Translations under genes and position numbers: made by a program | Assembly: GCA_002269645.1 (NCBI GenBank) | Contig: NIVC01003942.1 | Coordinates: forward strand, 1-38,400 | Direction of reading: 5' to 3' | Length of the DNA stretch: 38,400 nucleotides | Origin: Macrostomum lignano | Taxonomy: Eukaryota | In this document: one piece after another, positions 22,256 through 32,072 of the stretch | Layout: every line of letters begins with the position of its first letter | Position numbering within the stretch: the first letter of the stretch is position 1 | The notes under the pieces: generated by a model | Databases searched by the model: none | The model's input: only the letters and a program-made list of their open reading frames with translations | Told to the model about the DNA's origin: nothing

Positions 22256-23562
22256 ATGACTGACAGCCAGTCCGAAGCCAGGACAATCGTCGTTAGAATC
22301 GAATTCGGCTCCGCCTGCTGCAACCACGGCGTCCCGGAGTTCGGCAAGCTGGCGCGCATGCTGCTGAGCCTGTTCCCTGCCGGCCGCATCAGCATTGCCG
22401 CCTGCCAGCTGGTTGACTACTTCAATCATTTCCGTGTCTATGTCGGCCGGCATCTGGTGTTCGACTCTTACACCCGCTACCCGCCTGTGGTTGAGGTTGC
22501 CAAGGTAACAGGTTCATGGCTTTTGATAATTATGGCAGAGAATGATACCAGTGTCTTTAGAGTGAGATAAATGTCTCTAAAGTGATGTCACTGTCTCGAG
22601 TGAAATCGGTGTCTCTAGAATGACTTCAGTGTCTCTAGAGTGATACCAGTGTCTTTGGAGTGACGTCGTCAGTGTCTTCAGAGTGATATCAGTGTCTCTA
22701 AAGTGAAATCAGAGTCTCTAGAGTGACGTCAGTGTCTCTAGAAGGATATCAGAGTCTCTAGAGTGATGTCAGTATCTCTTAAGTGAAATCAGTGTCTCTA
22801 AAGTGATATCAGTGTTTCTATAGAGTGATACCAGTGTCTTGAGAGTGAGATGAATGTCTCTAAAGTGATTTCGCTGTCTCTAGAGTGACGTCAGTGTCTC
22901 TAGAGTGATATCAGTGCCTCTGAAGTGATACCAGTGTCTCTGGAGTGATACCAGTGTCCCCATAATGATGTCTGTGTCTCTAAAGTGATACCAGTGTCTC
23001 TAGAGTGATACCAGTGTCTCTGTAGTGATATCAGTGTCTTTGAGGTGACGTCAGTGTCTTTAGATTGAAATCAGAGTCTCTATAGTGAATGTCTGTGTCT
23101 CCGGAGTGTTATCAGAGTCTATAGAGTGATTTCAATGACTTCAGAGTGATACCAGTGTCTCTAGAGTGACGTCTGTGTCTCTAGAGTGATTGCATAAATG
23201 GTAGGGTTTCATGTTTAGGGTTTGAGACGATGTCAGGTCTCAACACTGACCGGCCCCGCAACCCCGGCCGCCCCTCGCAGTGCATCGAATCCGCCGAGCA
23301 GGACGCCGTGCCCGCGGAGATTCCGCACAGCCGCGGCATCCCCTTCTCCTACTGGCGCTGTCCGGAGCACGAGGGCAAGCTGGTGCCCCAGCAGGAGGGC
23401 GGCTGCGCCTTCAGGCGACGCTCGACTCAACGCATGAGCGTGGCGAGCTCGTCACGGAACAGCCAGGTGAACAGTGAGACGTCCTTCAAGTTGTCAATGG
23501 AGCAGCAGCAGGCTCAGCAGTTTGTTTCTAAGAAGGCCTTCCGACGGATGGCGAAGCAGTGA
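22256..23562 (+). CDS. Rdx-family (SelW/SelT/MIEN1-like) thioredoxin-fold protein with a C-terminal extension, 176 aa; exons 22256-22504, 23281-23562
   Basis: GC3-rich frame. IVVRIEFGSACC..EFGKLARMLLSLFPAGRI..FRVYVGRHLVFDS..YPPVVEVAK|CIESAE follows the Rdx pattern (V.IEYCxxC/U..L...L...FP..FEV.V.G.LVFSK..FP..V). Phase-0 donor AAG|GTAACA at 22505; C-rich acceptor CCCCTCGCAG at 23280 with CTGAC upstream; TGA at 23560-62. Confidence 0.72.
22545..23190. repeat. 20-nt intronic minisatellite AGAGTGATA(T/C)CAGTGTCTCT, ~32 degenerate copies
   Basis: Tandem copies inside the Rdx-like gene intron. Confidence 0.9.
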
Positions 23563-23653
23563 ATTGCTAGATTAATATTGAACTGAATCTCCCTAGCTAT
23601 GGTTAACTTTATTGTTCTTTATACACTCTTTGGTGTATTTTGGCTCTTTGGCA

Positions 23654-23890
23654 CCAGCGGCTTGAGCACCAGCGGCTTGAGCATCAGGGGCTTGAGCACC
23701 AGGGGCTTGAGCATCAGGGGCTTGAGCACCAGGGGCTTGAGCACCAGGGGCTTGAGCATCAGGGGCTTGAGCACCAGGGGCTTGAGCACCAGGGGCTTGA
23801 GCACCAGGGGCTTGAGCACCAGGGGCTTGAGCATCAGGGGCTTGAGCACCAGGGGCTTGAGCATCAGGGGCTTGAGCACCAGGGGCTTGA
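23654..23890. repeat. 15-nt minisatellite CAGGGGCTTGAGCA(C/T), ~16 copies
   Basis: Direct tandem copies just downstream of the Rdx-like stop codon. Confidence 0.93.
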
Positions 23891-24508
23891 AAACTAAGGG
23901 CTTAAGATTATTCCATTTTCCATGCAATTACAGGTTTTTGCACGTGTTTTTCAGTCCTTAATTCCAACCAGCTTATCGCTTAGTTATTTTCTGAGTTCTT
24001 ACTGGAACCCAATTGACAAGCACTAATGACAGGTAATAATAACATAGCTAATTTTGCGCATAAAATTTGTTGATGCCGATGGTCCCAGAATCACTCGTAC
24101 TCTGAACCCCATTGTCGCGCCATAATCAAACGGGGCCGAACGTTTTCCCTTTGCAGTTAATCAAACGCTTAAAAGTACAAAACTGCTTTGACAAATAAAA
24201 GACAATCCTAAATTATCGTTGACAAAAATCTGTTTTGAAAATAAACGATTTTTTACATTTTTCTTTGTAATTTATTTCTCTTGTTTAAAATTTTATTACT
24301 TGTAAAACTCAAGACATTAAATTTAAAAGCAATAATCATTAATTTATTTGGAAATCATACAAGTAGATACAGCGTAGGGAAATATGAAATATCATTGAGC
24401 CATTTGCGGACGCCTGTCATGGCTCTACTGCTACTGCTAAGGCTAACACAGTTTTGATGTAGCAACATTAAGCCTTAAATGCGCCCGAATCGAAAGTCAG
24501 AGAAAATT

Positions 24509-25225
24509 TTACGATTTCTTGTAGAATTTCTTCAGCTGCTCGTCGCTGAGACTCTCTGCGACTTCCTCGGCCTTGTCCACGATGTACTGTACAGGATCGG
24601 CCGGCCGCTCGAACACAATGGCCGTCGTCAGTTTCTGTCCAGTTGAGTAAAACAAATTATATTATTTTAGGTCACAAACAAATTTCATGATACAATAAAT
24701 ATGAATACAATTTATTTATACTTAGTGTAGAAACAGAAGAACAATAAAAATAGTATTGAATATTGAATTTCTCATTCATGAAATTTTGAAATAACAGATT
24801 ATTTGAATAAATTAATTTTTCTACACATGAATTAAACATAACAAAAAATTGATTCAATTTAGATGATTTAACAATAAAATGCATATAATTTTAATGGAAT
24901 ATAAAAAAAAAATGTATATTTTATTGTATCAGCTAGTAACTGTCCATAAGTAATTATTTGAAAAGGTGTCTGTAAAATAGAATACCTGAAAGAACTGAAT
25001 GATATTGTGCTCTTCCAAATAATCCATTGCTTTGAAGTAAGGATCTTCTACAACTTCAGACTTCTTCTTCCCTTTTTCTTGATCTGAAGCAGGCACCATT
25101 GATTCAGTCTCTGCTTTTGTTGTTGTTGAGGCTTCTGGTTTAGCTGCTGTCGATGGTCTCGAGTTTGAAACACTAACAGATACTTCTGACAAATTGTCTG
25201 GCGTTTCAATGGTCTCTTCTGCCAT
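24509..25225 (-). CDS. TEX55: TEX55(C3orf30)-like protein with a Dpy-30/RIIa-type dimerization-docking domain, 121 aa; exons 25225-24986 and 24634-24509
   Basis: Spliced product ends DPYFKAMDYLEEHNIIQFFQ|KLTTAIVFERPADPVQYIVDKAEEV..KKS*, resembling the TEX55 C-terminus (DP..AL.YMEKHNILQIFQ|..T..LVY.RP.DP..F.). Phase-0 donor CAG|GTATTC, acceptor GACAG|AAA, TAA at 24511-24509. Family call from memory. Confidence 0.75.
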
Positions 25226-26882
25226 CGTCTGGCTTCTCTTTTGTTTTAAAATGGCTAACTTGGTTAAAAAACTACAGGTGAAGAGTGCAATATAGCATTC
25301 AATTATTCTGTTAAAATCTTCTGGGGATATTGGTAACGGTAATTTTATGATGCTTTAGCGCCTAGATATACTGAGAAATCTGAACGAATTTAATTATTTA
25401 TATCAATAAAGATAGTAAATGCGCATATCAGAATTCTTTTTAGTTTTTTTGTTATTTTAAACATTAAGTTTTAAACCGTAATTTCTTTGATCGTGTCAGT
25501 TCGGAAATCGGATATATTTTCGTTTAATTGCAATGAAGCTTTAAGAAGTTTATTTACACTTACACTATTAAAGGATTTAATGTTATAATCAGTAAATGTC
25601 TAAAATTCTTCCAGAACTCCTGTTTATTTGTTTTGATCAGAAGTGTTTATGATGAAACCGTGCTATTCTAAACGTGCAATTAATTCCATACATTGTGCAC
25701 TCATACACTTTATATATACACCGTTCATTTTACGGTCAAAACATGATAAATAACACTCGTACCTGCATTTAAATGACCAAGGAAAATTACAAACGTAGGA
25801 ATCAAGATAAATTGATTTCAGTGAAGTCTTCTTTGTGTTTTTTACAATGCATGTCGATCCACTTTTCATGTGCATTTACAATTTTCCTTAATTCTCTTCA
25901 ATAAATATCTATGAAAAGAGTAAATACACTTCATGCCCTTTTACCATTGAGAACAACAAAAAACTGAGTATGTCTGAAAAATGACAAGAGCCGTACAGAT
26001 CTATGTTTTTTTACAATTAATATGAAGTATAGCGATCCACGTTGTCTGCATTATAGTAACAGAGAGGCACTCTCCCTTTAGCTTAACAATTCACATTGCG
26101 ATGCTCGAAAAAACCGTCACATACTCCATGCATAGGCTTCACATGGCTAATTAATTACCATAGGATTTTTCTCCAGCGAAAGGATTGGGAATTAAATACA
26201 GCGGATTGGCATTGGGGCTCGAGGGGGCGGTGCTCAAAAGAAAGAAAAATACAAAATGCGCAGAATTTTGTCCACACCGTGGGCGCCGCTCGGAAATCGA
26301 TCCCATATTTAACGTTGCGAGTACTTTGCTCGCAACATTTGTACTTTTAGGCTGGTTATTGCAAATTCCGCGAGCCCTTGTTGCCCAAATACTGCGGGCA
26401 TGCAATTTCAGCTGCTCATTTTCTTTCCGGGCCTGTTTTTGCCGGGCAGCCTCTCCACATCCCTGCTGCCGAGTGAGCTCAGGCTGCATCAAATATTAAT
26501 TTTCTGCTGAGACCCTCCTCTTCTCTTCTTCTGGCACCCTTGCACACACTCTGTAGTTCGATTTAGCCCAACTTCCAAGCCGTTCCTCCTCTCCTTCCCT
26601 TTTCCGCGCAAACTTTCTCCTCAATTGGTTTTGCCTCAGCTGCAGTTTATGCACAGTGTATGCGTGAAGTATGACTGACTACCTTTAGTTTGTCCTGCAT
26701 TAACAGAAGCTAGAGGCTCGTATAAGCATAAAATTCATGCATAAAATTAGTGCGAGAACGGGTTCAAATAAACCTGGGTGACTTTGGACTAAGGAATAAA
26801 GATACTTGACGAAATTGGGATGTGGAACTGAAGGAGACGGAGGGATAAAGGTGATGTTTGAAAGAGGGGCACAGTGAGAAAA

Positions 26883-27370
26883 GGTGAGAGGGAGAGAGGA
26901 ACAGGATGAGAGGGAGAGAGGAACAGGATGAGAGGGAGAGGGAGAGAGGAACAGGATGAGAGGGAGAGGGAGAGAGGAACGGATGAGAGGGAGAGAGGAA
27001 CAGGATGAGAGGAAGAGAGGAACAGGATGAGAGGAAGAGGGAGAGAGGAACGGATGAGAGGGAGAGAGGAACAGGATGAGAGGAAGAGAGGAACAGGATG
27101 AGAGGGAGAGGGAGAGAGGAACAGGATGAGAGGGAGAGGGAGAGAGGAACAGGATGAGAGGGAGAGGGAGAGAGGAACAGGATGAGAGGGAGAGAGGAAC
27201 AGGATGAGAGGGAGAGGGAGAGAGGAACAGGATGAGAGGGAGAGGGAGAGAGGAACAGGATGAGAGGGAGAGGGAGAGAGGAACAGGATGAGAGGGAGAG
27301 AGGAACAGGATGAGAGGGAGAGAGGAACAGGATGAGAGGGAGAGAGGAACAGGATGAGAGGGAGAGGGAG
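26883..27370. repeat. Purine-rich minisatellite GAGAGGGAGAGAGGAACAGGAT (22 nt, with 6-nt GAGAGG insertion variants)
   Basis: Direct tandem copies. Confidence 0.92.
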
Positions 27371-27890
27371 AGTGTTGGTGGGCTGTTTTCAATAAATGTT
27401 ATTTATTTTAAAAGTTTGCCAAATAAGAAGACCCACCCTGGAATTGGAGTCGGGTTGCTCTCATGAGCGCGCCACATTGTGAAGCGGGGTCACGCTGTGC
27501 TTCCTCTGCTTTTGCGGGCCTTCGGGCCAGGCTGAGTTGAATTTCCAAAGCAGCACAGGAAATGAAAGCTGACACATCGGCTGGAGCTCCGCAGCCGTTC
27601 GTTGCCAACCCCCTTCAGTCGGCTTCCCGTGTAGCATTGGAGCAAGCAAGCAATAGGAAAGGAGGCGAAGGAACTGTCTTGACGGATTAAGACAGGGACA
27701 ACTAAAACCCTCGGGACGCGAAACGAGCCAATTCATGGCAAAAAATCTGAGGGGCTCGCTTAAAAGCACCGTTCTATGGCTTTTTCAAGTCTTCTCTGCT
27801 ATCAAGCAAATTAAAATTGCTTTAGTTGCGGCCAGCAGTGAAGCTAAGCTGAACTAAATCAAGAGAAGCATTTTTTATTCACTTGATGAA

Positions 27891-30560
27891 ATGCCAAGAA
27901 AGTGCAGCGTATTTCCGTGCTCGTCAAATTACAACTCTGAAGCCGTTCGAACACGGACATTTGCGTTTCCCAGAGATCCACAGGAGCGAGAGCGATGGAG
28001 AAAGGCGCTGCCAAATATTCTCCAGGTAAGAAACCAGATCATTTGCTGTCATTACTGCTGCATAATTCCGCTTCAATTCTGCATGCCAGTCTCGTCCAAA
28101 CAACTTGAAACCCAAAATTTATTATTTTAAAGAGTGACTGACAATATGGGCGTGTGCGTAAAGCATTGGCCAAGCGATGCTCCAATGGTCAAGAAAAACT
28201 CTACCGAAAGGCCAATTAATCCTCCTTCTGTTTTTAATGGAGTTCCTAGCTCGTGTTTTGTTCAGAACCAAGGTACGTAACTTAAAGATTGCTCAACACT
28301 TAGCGTCTATATCGATTTTGCCGCTCACAATTATCTTACTTTTATTTTTACTCTTATTTTAGACCAAGACCGACAGGCCGAAAAGCGCGGTGTTCTTTCT
28401 GACGCGAGGTGCAGCGACATCGATGAGATGGACGCTTTTCAGCTGCTTGATTTTTTGCCGGCATGGGAAAGTTTTCGAGCTGAGGTGAAAAATTCGGATG
28501 TCGTATCTCGATATGCACTGAACACAGCTATTCTGAACGAAGACGTTTACTTGTTTACGTTAGATAAAGATGGATACCTGTCTGTTCGAATTTTTGTCTC
28601 ACCCAACTTTCTGATTCGTGCATTCAAACTGCATACACCGATTTCGGTTCGAGACTTGTTGGGATTTCAACCGACACTCAAGCGCTGGTCGCAACTGGAT
28701 GCTGTTGTCGTGCGGTGCAAAAATTCCGACGCCAATCCCCAACGTGAGGTCGAAGCGTTTGTTAGTAGAATCAGTGATGATATAGATTCTGACTCTGATT
28801 TGGATCCGTCGCTTCAGTTTTTGATTCGACAACTTAGCCTTACATTAGTAAATCAGAACAATCGCCGCTATGACATTTCACTAGTGCGACAGTCAGCATT
28901 GCTCTACTTGATCAGTAGTTCGGCTTACTCTTACCTACGGAAGCTATTGCCATTGCCTCATCCCCGAACGCTGCAGCTGCAACTAGCAGGTACAGGAGAA
29001 GTTGGCACAGAAACCGACGCAGCCGATGTGATCCAGTCAGTTTTTGCTAGTCTATCAGGAGCTCAGCGAAACTGCGTAATATGTTTGACGAAATGTACAT
29101 ACAACCGTCCGTTCGATATCGATGCCGTCACCTTCTGGGTCGAGCCGTCGACGATCCGGACCAGGTTGCTAGGACAATTTTGGCCATAATGGTAAAGCCA
29201 TTACTTGGTGGAAAACCGTTTGTAGTCCGACTATTGCCGACATACGCTCGTACATTTTGTCTGCGGAGTTTCTGCGAAAATGCGTCAGCCAATGTATTAA
29301 AGCAATTAACAACAACGGTGGCCGTGTCGTTGCTCTCGTCAGCGACAATCAACCTACCAACCGCAAGTGTTTTGCTTTATTTAGCGATGGAAGAGAGAAG
29401 CCATGGATTGGAACGGATGCTGCACAGGAGTCGGAATTCTTCATGCTGTTCGATTTCGTTCACATTATCAAATGCATTCGCAACAATTGGCAAATGGAAG
29501 CGAATGGAATTCTAAGCATTCAACCTCCTGGCGCTGACAGACAGATATCCGCTAAATGGTCAGACGTGGTACGCCTGTACCAAATGGAGAAAGACCACGT
29601 AGTCAAGCGCACATGTCTAACTCATGAGGCCTGTTATTCCACAAGCATTCAGAAAACTAAAGTCAGTCTCGCTCTCCAAGTTCTCGATGAAAGGGTTGCC
29701 GCTGCATTGAAGTGTGATGGATACTCAGACACTGCGGAATTTATCAAAACCATAGTGAGATTCTGGAAAATTGTCAATTGTAAAAATCCTGATCTACACG
29801 CATGACTACGGGATCCGGACAGGCGACCAGTCTACTCCGTTCAAGATGAAAGCATACAATTTCTTAGCGCGCTCGCGGATTCGTTTGATTCGACACATTG
29901 TGGAAAAGGCCGAGCTCGCCATCATTCATTGACGCCCGAGACCAAGTCAGCGCTAGTAAACTCACTGCGCGGAGCCTGTGAGATGTGTGAGGTTCTTTTG
30001 TCCGACCCACGAATCAGCTACGTTCTGGCTGGCTGGCTGGCGTATATCGCCAAATGAGCGGCGGCAACTACTATGTATCTGTGGAGCAAGTGCTGCTCAG
30101 TGCTCGACTCCGACGAATGAAATTATTGGCATCCCTTGAATTAGCAGACTACAAGCACGATCGGAGCAAATGTTGCAATGAACAGCTGAATGAAATTGAA
30201 CTGGCGACCATTGATAATTGTGCTGCTAAATCAGAGGAGCTTTCCATTTCGGAGATGGCTTCGCTCTACTATATCGCAGGTAAGCTGGATATTAATTAAA
30301 ATTTAATTCACGAGGTTTTACACAATCTCATAAAAACAATTCAAACCGTGCTTTGTTGGAAATTGACAGGTTATACAGCGACTAAAGAAGGCAGGCATCA
30401 AAGGAACAGATTTGATATCAGAGACGAGCATTCCAGCCAGCGAATTCACTGAAGAGTTATCTCGCGGAAAGCTTTGTCATCCTCCACAATGGCTGTTAGA
30501 CTTATCCTGTCTCTGCTACAGCAGTTTTGTACGAGCTACTGACTGTTTGTGTCGTCTTGT
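27891..30560 (+). pseudogene. Disrupted 4-exon THAP-domain P-type transposase (exons ~27891-28025, ~28134-28272, 28363-30279, 30370-~30560)
   Basis: THAP C2CH zinc finger (MPRKCSVFPC..F.FP.D..ER.RW..CVKHW..P.V); core motifs FDEM, MVKPLLGG, LVSDN, FDFVHIIKCIRNNW, QKTKVSLA, YRQMSGGNY, YYIAG|Y, SEF..LSRGKL.HPP. Frameshifts at ~28133, ~29080, ~29256, ~30038 and ~30390; in-frame TGA at 29803-29805; third catalytic motif absent. Confidence 0.9.
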
Positions 30561-30584
30561 CCTTGGAGTTCCGTATTTGCTTCT

Positions 30585-30730
30585 ATCTTCTTGCCGTTGG
30601 AGTTTCATCTTCGCTTTCATCCTTTATCTTCTTGCCGTTGGAGTTTCATCTTCGCTTTCATCCTTTATCTTCTTGCCGTTGGAGTTTCATCTTCGCTTTC
30701 ATCTTTTATCTTCTTGCCGTTGGAGTTTTT
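30585..30730. repeat. 41-nt tandem repeat, ~3.5 copies, inside the 3' part of the P element
   Basis: Unit ATCTTCTTGCCGTTGGAGTTTCATCTTCGCTTTCATCCTTT. Confidence 0.9.
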
Positions 30731-31103
30731 TTGTTGATATGGCGGTTACTTTATTGTAAATACATTGTAATTATATCACTGGTTCCTATTCTTTAAATTA
30801 AATACTCGACATTGCTTCGCTTTACTATTTAATCTAACCGTTAATGCCTGATAGCAGAGAAGACTTGAAAAAGCCATAGAACAATACTTTTAAACGAGCC
30901 CCTCAGATTTTTTGCCATGAATTGGCTCGTTTCGCGTCCCGAGGGTTTTAGTTGTCCCTGGATTAAGAATAGAGGGGTGGGGGATAATTTACGACTGGGG
31001 AATAAGGATTAGAATGTTATAGAGTTAGCCGCCCAAATTGAGCAGGTGAGAACACAGCCTTTCTTCAGAGACATTCTATTGCTCCATTGAAGCCAGGATT
31101 TTT

Positions 31104-31360
31104 GGGGTCAATTGACCCCCTTGACCCCCTTGACCTCCTTGGTACCCTTGAATCCCTGGACCCCCTTGACCCCTTGACCCCCTTGACCTCCTTGGTACCC
31201 TTGAATCCCTGGACCCCCTTGACCCCTTGACCCCCTTGACCTTGACCCTCTTGAACTCCCTGGCCCCATTGACCCTCTTAACCCCCTTGACCTACTTGAC
31301 CCCCTTGATCAACTTGACCCCCTTGACCTACTTGACCCCTTTGACCCGCTTGACCCCCTT
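31104..31360. repeat. Degenerate TTGACCCC(C) short-unit array starting at the perfect palindrome GGGGTCAATTGACCCC
   Basis: Palindrome at 31104-31119, followed by many TTGACCCC/TTGACCT motifs and a duplicated ~45-nt block. Confidence 0.8.
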
Positions 31361-32072
31361 AATTTGTCTCTCTCATAAACAAAGCTGCCATGCAATTATA
31401 GAATTTTTCCGTTTCCAAGGAGGGAGTCATGGGCCCCTATTCTTTTCGAGGAGGGTCAGCGGACCCCCTTGACCTCCTTCTGGATCATCTACACAACGCT
31501 TCAACCTAAAGTGCTAAAATGATTTAATATCGAAAGTTCTTCCGAAGTTATTCCGAAGAAAAGAGAGTTCGCCAATTTAGTGCTGCAAACTTGAATAGCC
31601 TGAAAAATAAATTTCCAGAAATTTGAAGTGTTCCTACCAACATCTCTTAGTCCCATAAAACGCACTGGATCTCAGACAGTGCTCCCCCTGTTTGTTGGCC
31701 TCTGTGAGGGAGAGCAGCCGCAAGCACTAGCATTGAGCTGTGCCAGTCAGTCAGACCACGCCCTGTTTTTTTTCCCAATTTTTATGCTGAGCTGGCATGG
31801 CGCTTCGATTGAAGTTGAAGGAGAGCTCGTGCAGGTTTGTGGCGAATGCTACCGCAGCCTCAAAGCTGATGGGATTGCACAGATATGGCATCGATTTTTT
31901 GCTCACGGGCGTCGCCACAGGAGGTAAGGAGGATCGTTACATGATGCTAGACTGGCGAATGCCTCGTACTGGCGGCACTCGAGGAAGACTGAGACCGATC
32001 CATCCTGAGTGGCCAGTCGTGTTATGCCCGTTTTTTATCTTTTTTGGGATGCCTGATTAAGCGTGCGTGTCT

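Larger units (their letters stand above)
27693..30960 (+). mobile_element. Full-length P-superfamily (THAP9-like) DNA transposon, 3,268 bp
   Basis: 116-bp TIRs (27693-27808 and 30845-30960; first 66 bp identical, 5 mismatches overall) starting CAGGG; identical 8-bp TSD GATTAAGA at 27685-27692 and 30961-30968; encloses a THAP-transposase gene. Confidence 0.95.

Noticed and set aside
23231-23237. Alternative acceptor TGTCAG at 23236 for the Rdx-like exon 2
   Set aside because: With the phase-0 donor it reads a low-bias frame ending at 23437; the acceptor at 23280 keeps the GC3-biased frame and the Rdx-like continuation.
22256-23990. Selenoprotein interpretation of the Rdx-like gene
   Set aside because: No in-frame UGA at the redox position and no SECIS-like hairpin evident in the downstream region.
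30500-30730. Reverse strand of the 41-mer reads like protein (KDESEDETPTARR)
   Set aside because: The 41-nt period shifts frame and introduces stops; no evidence of an independent gene.
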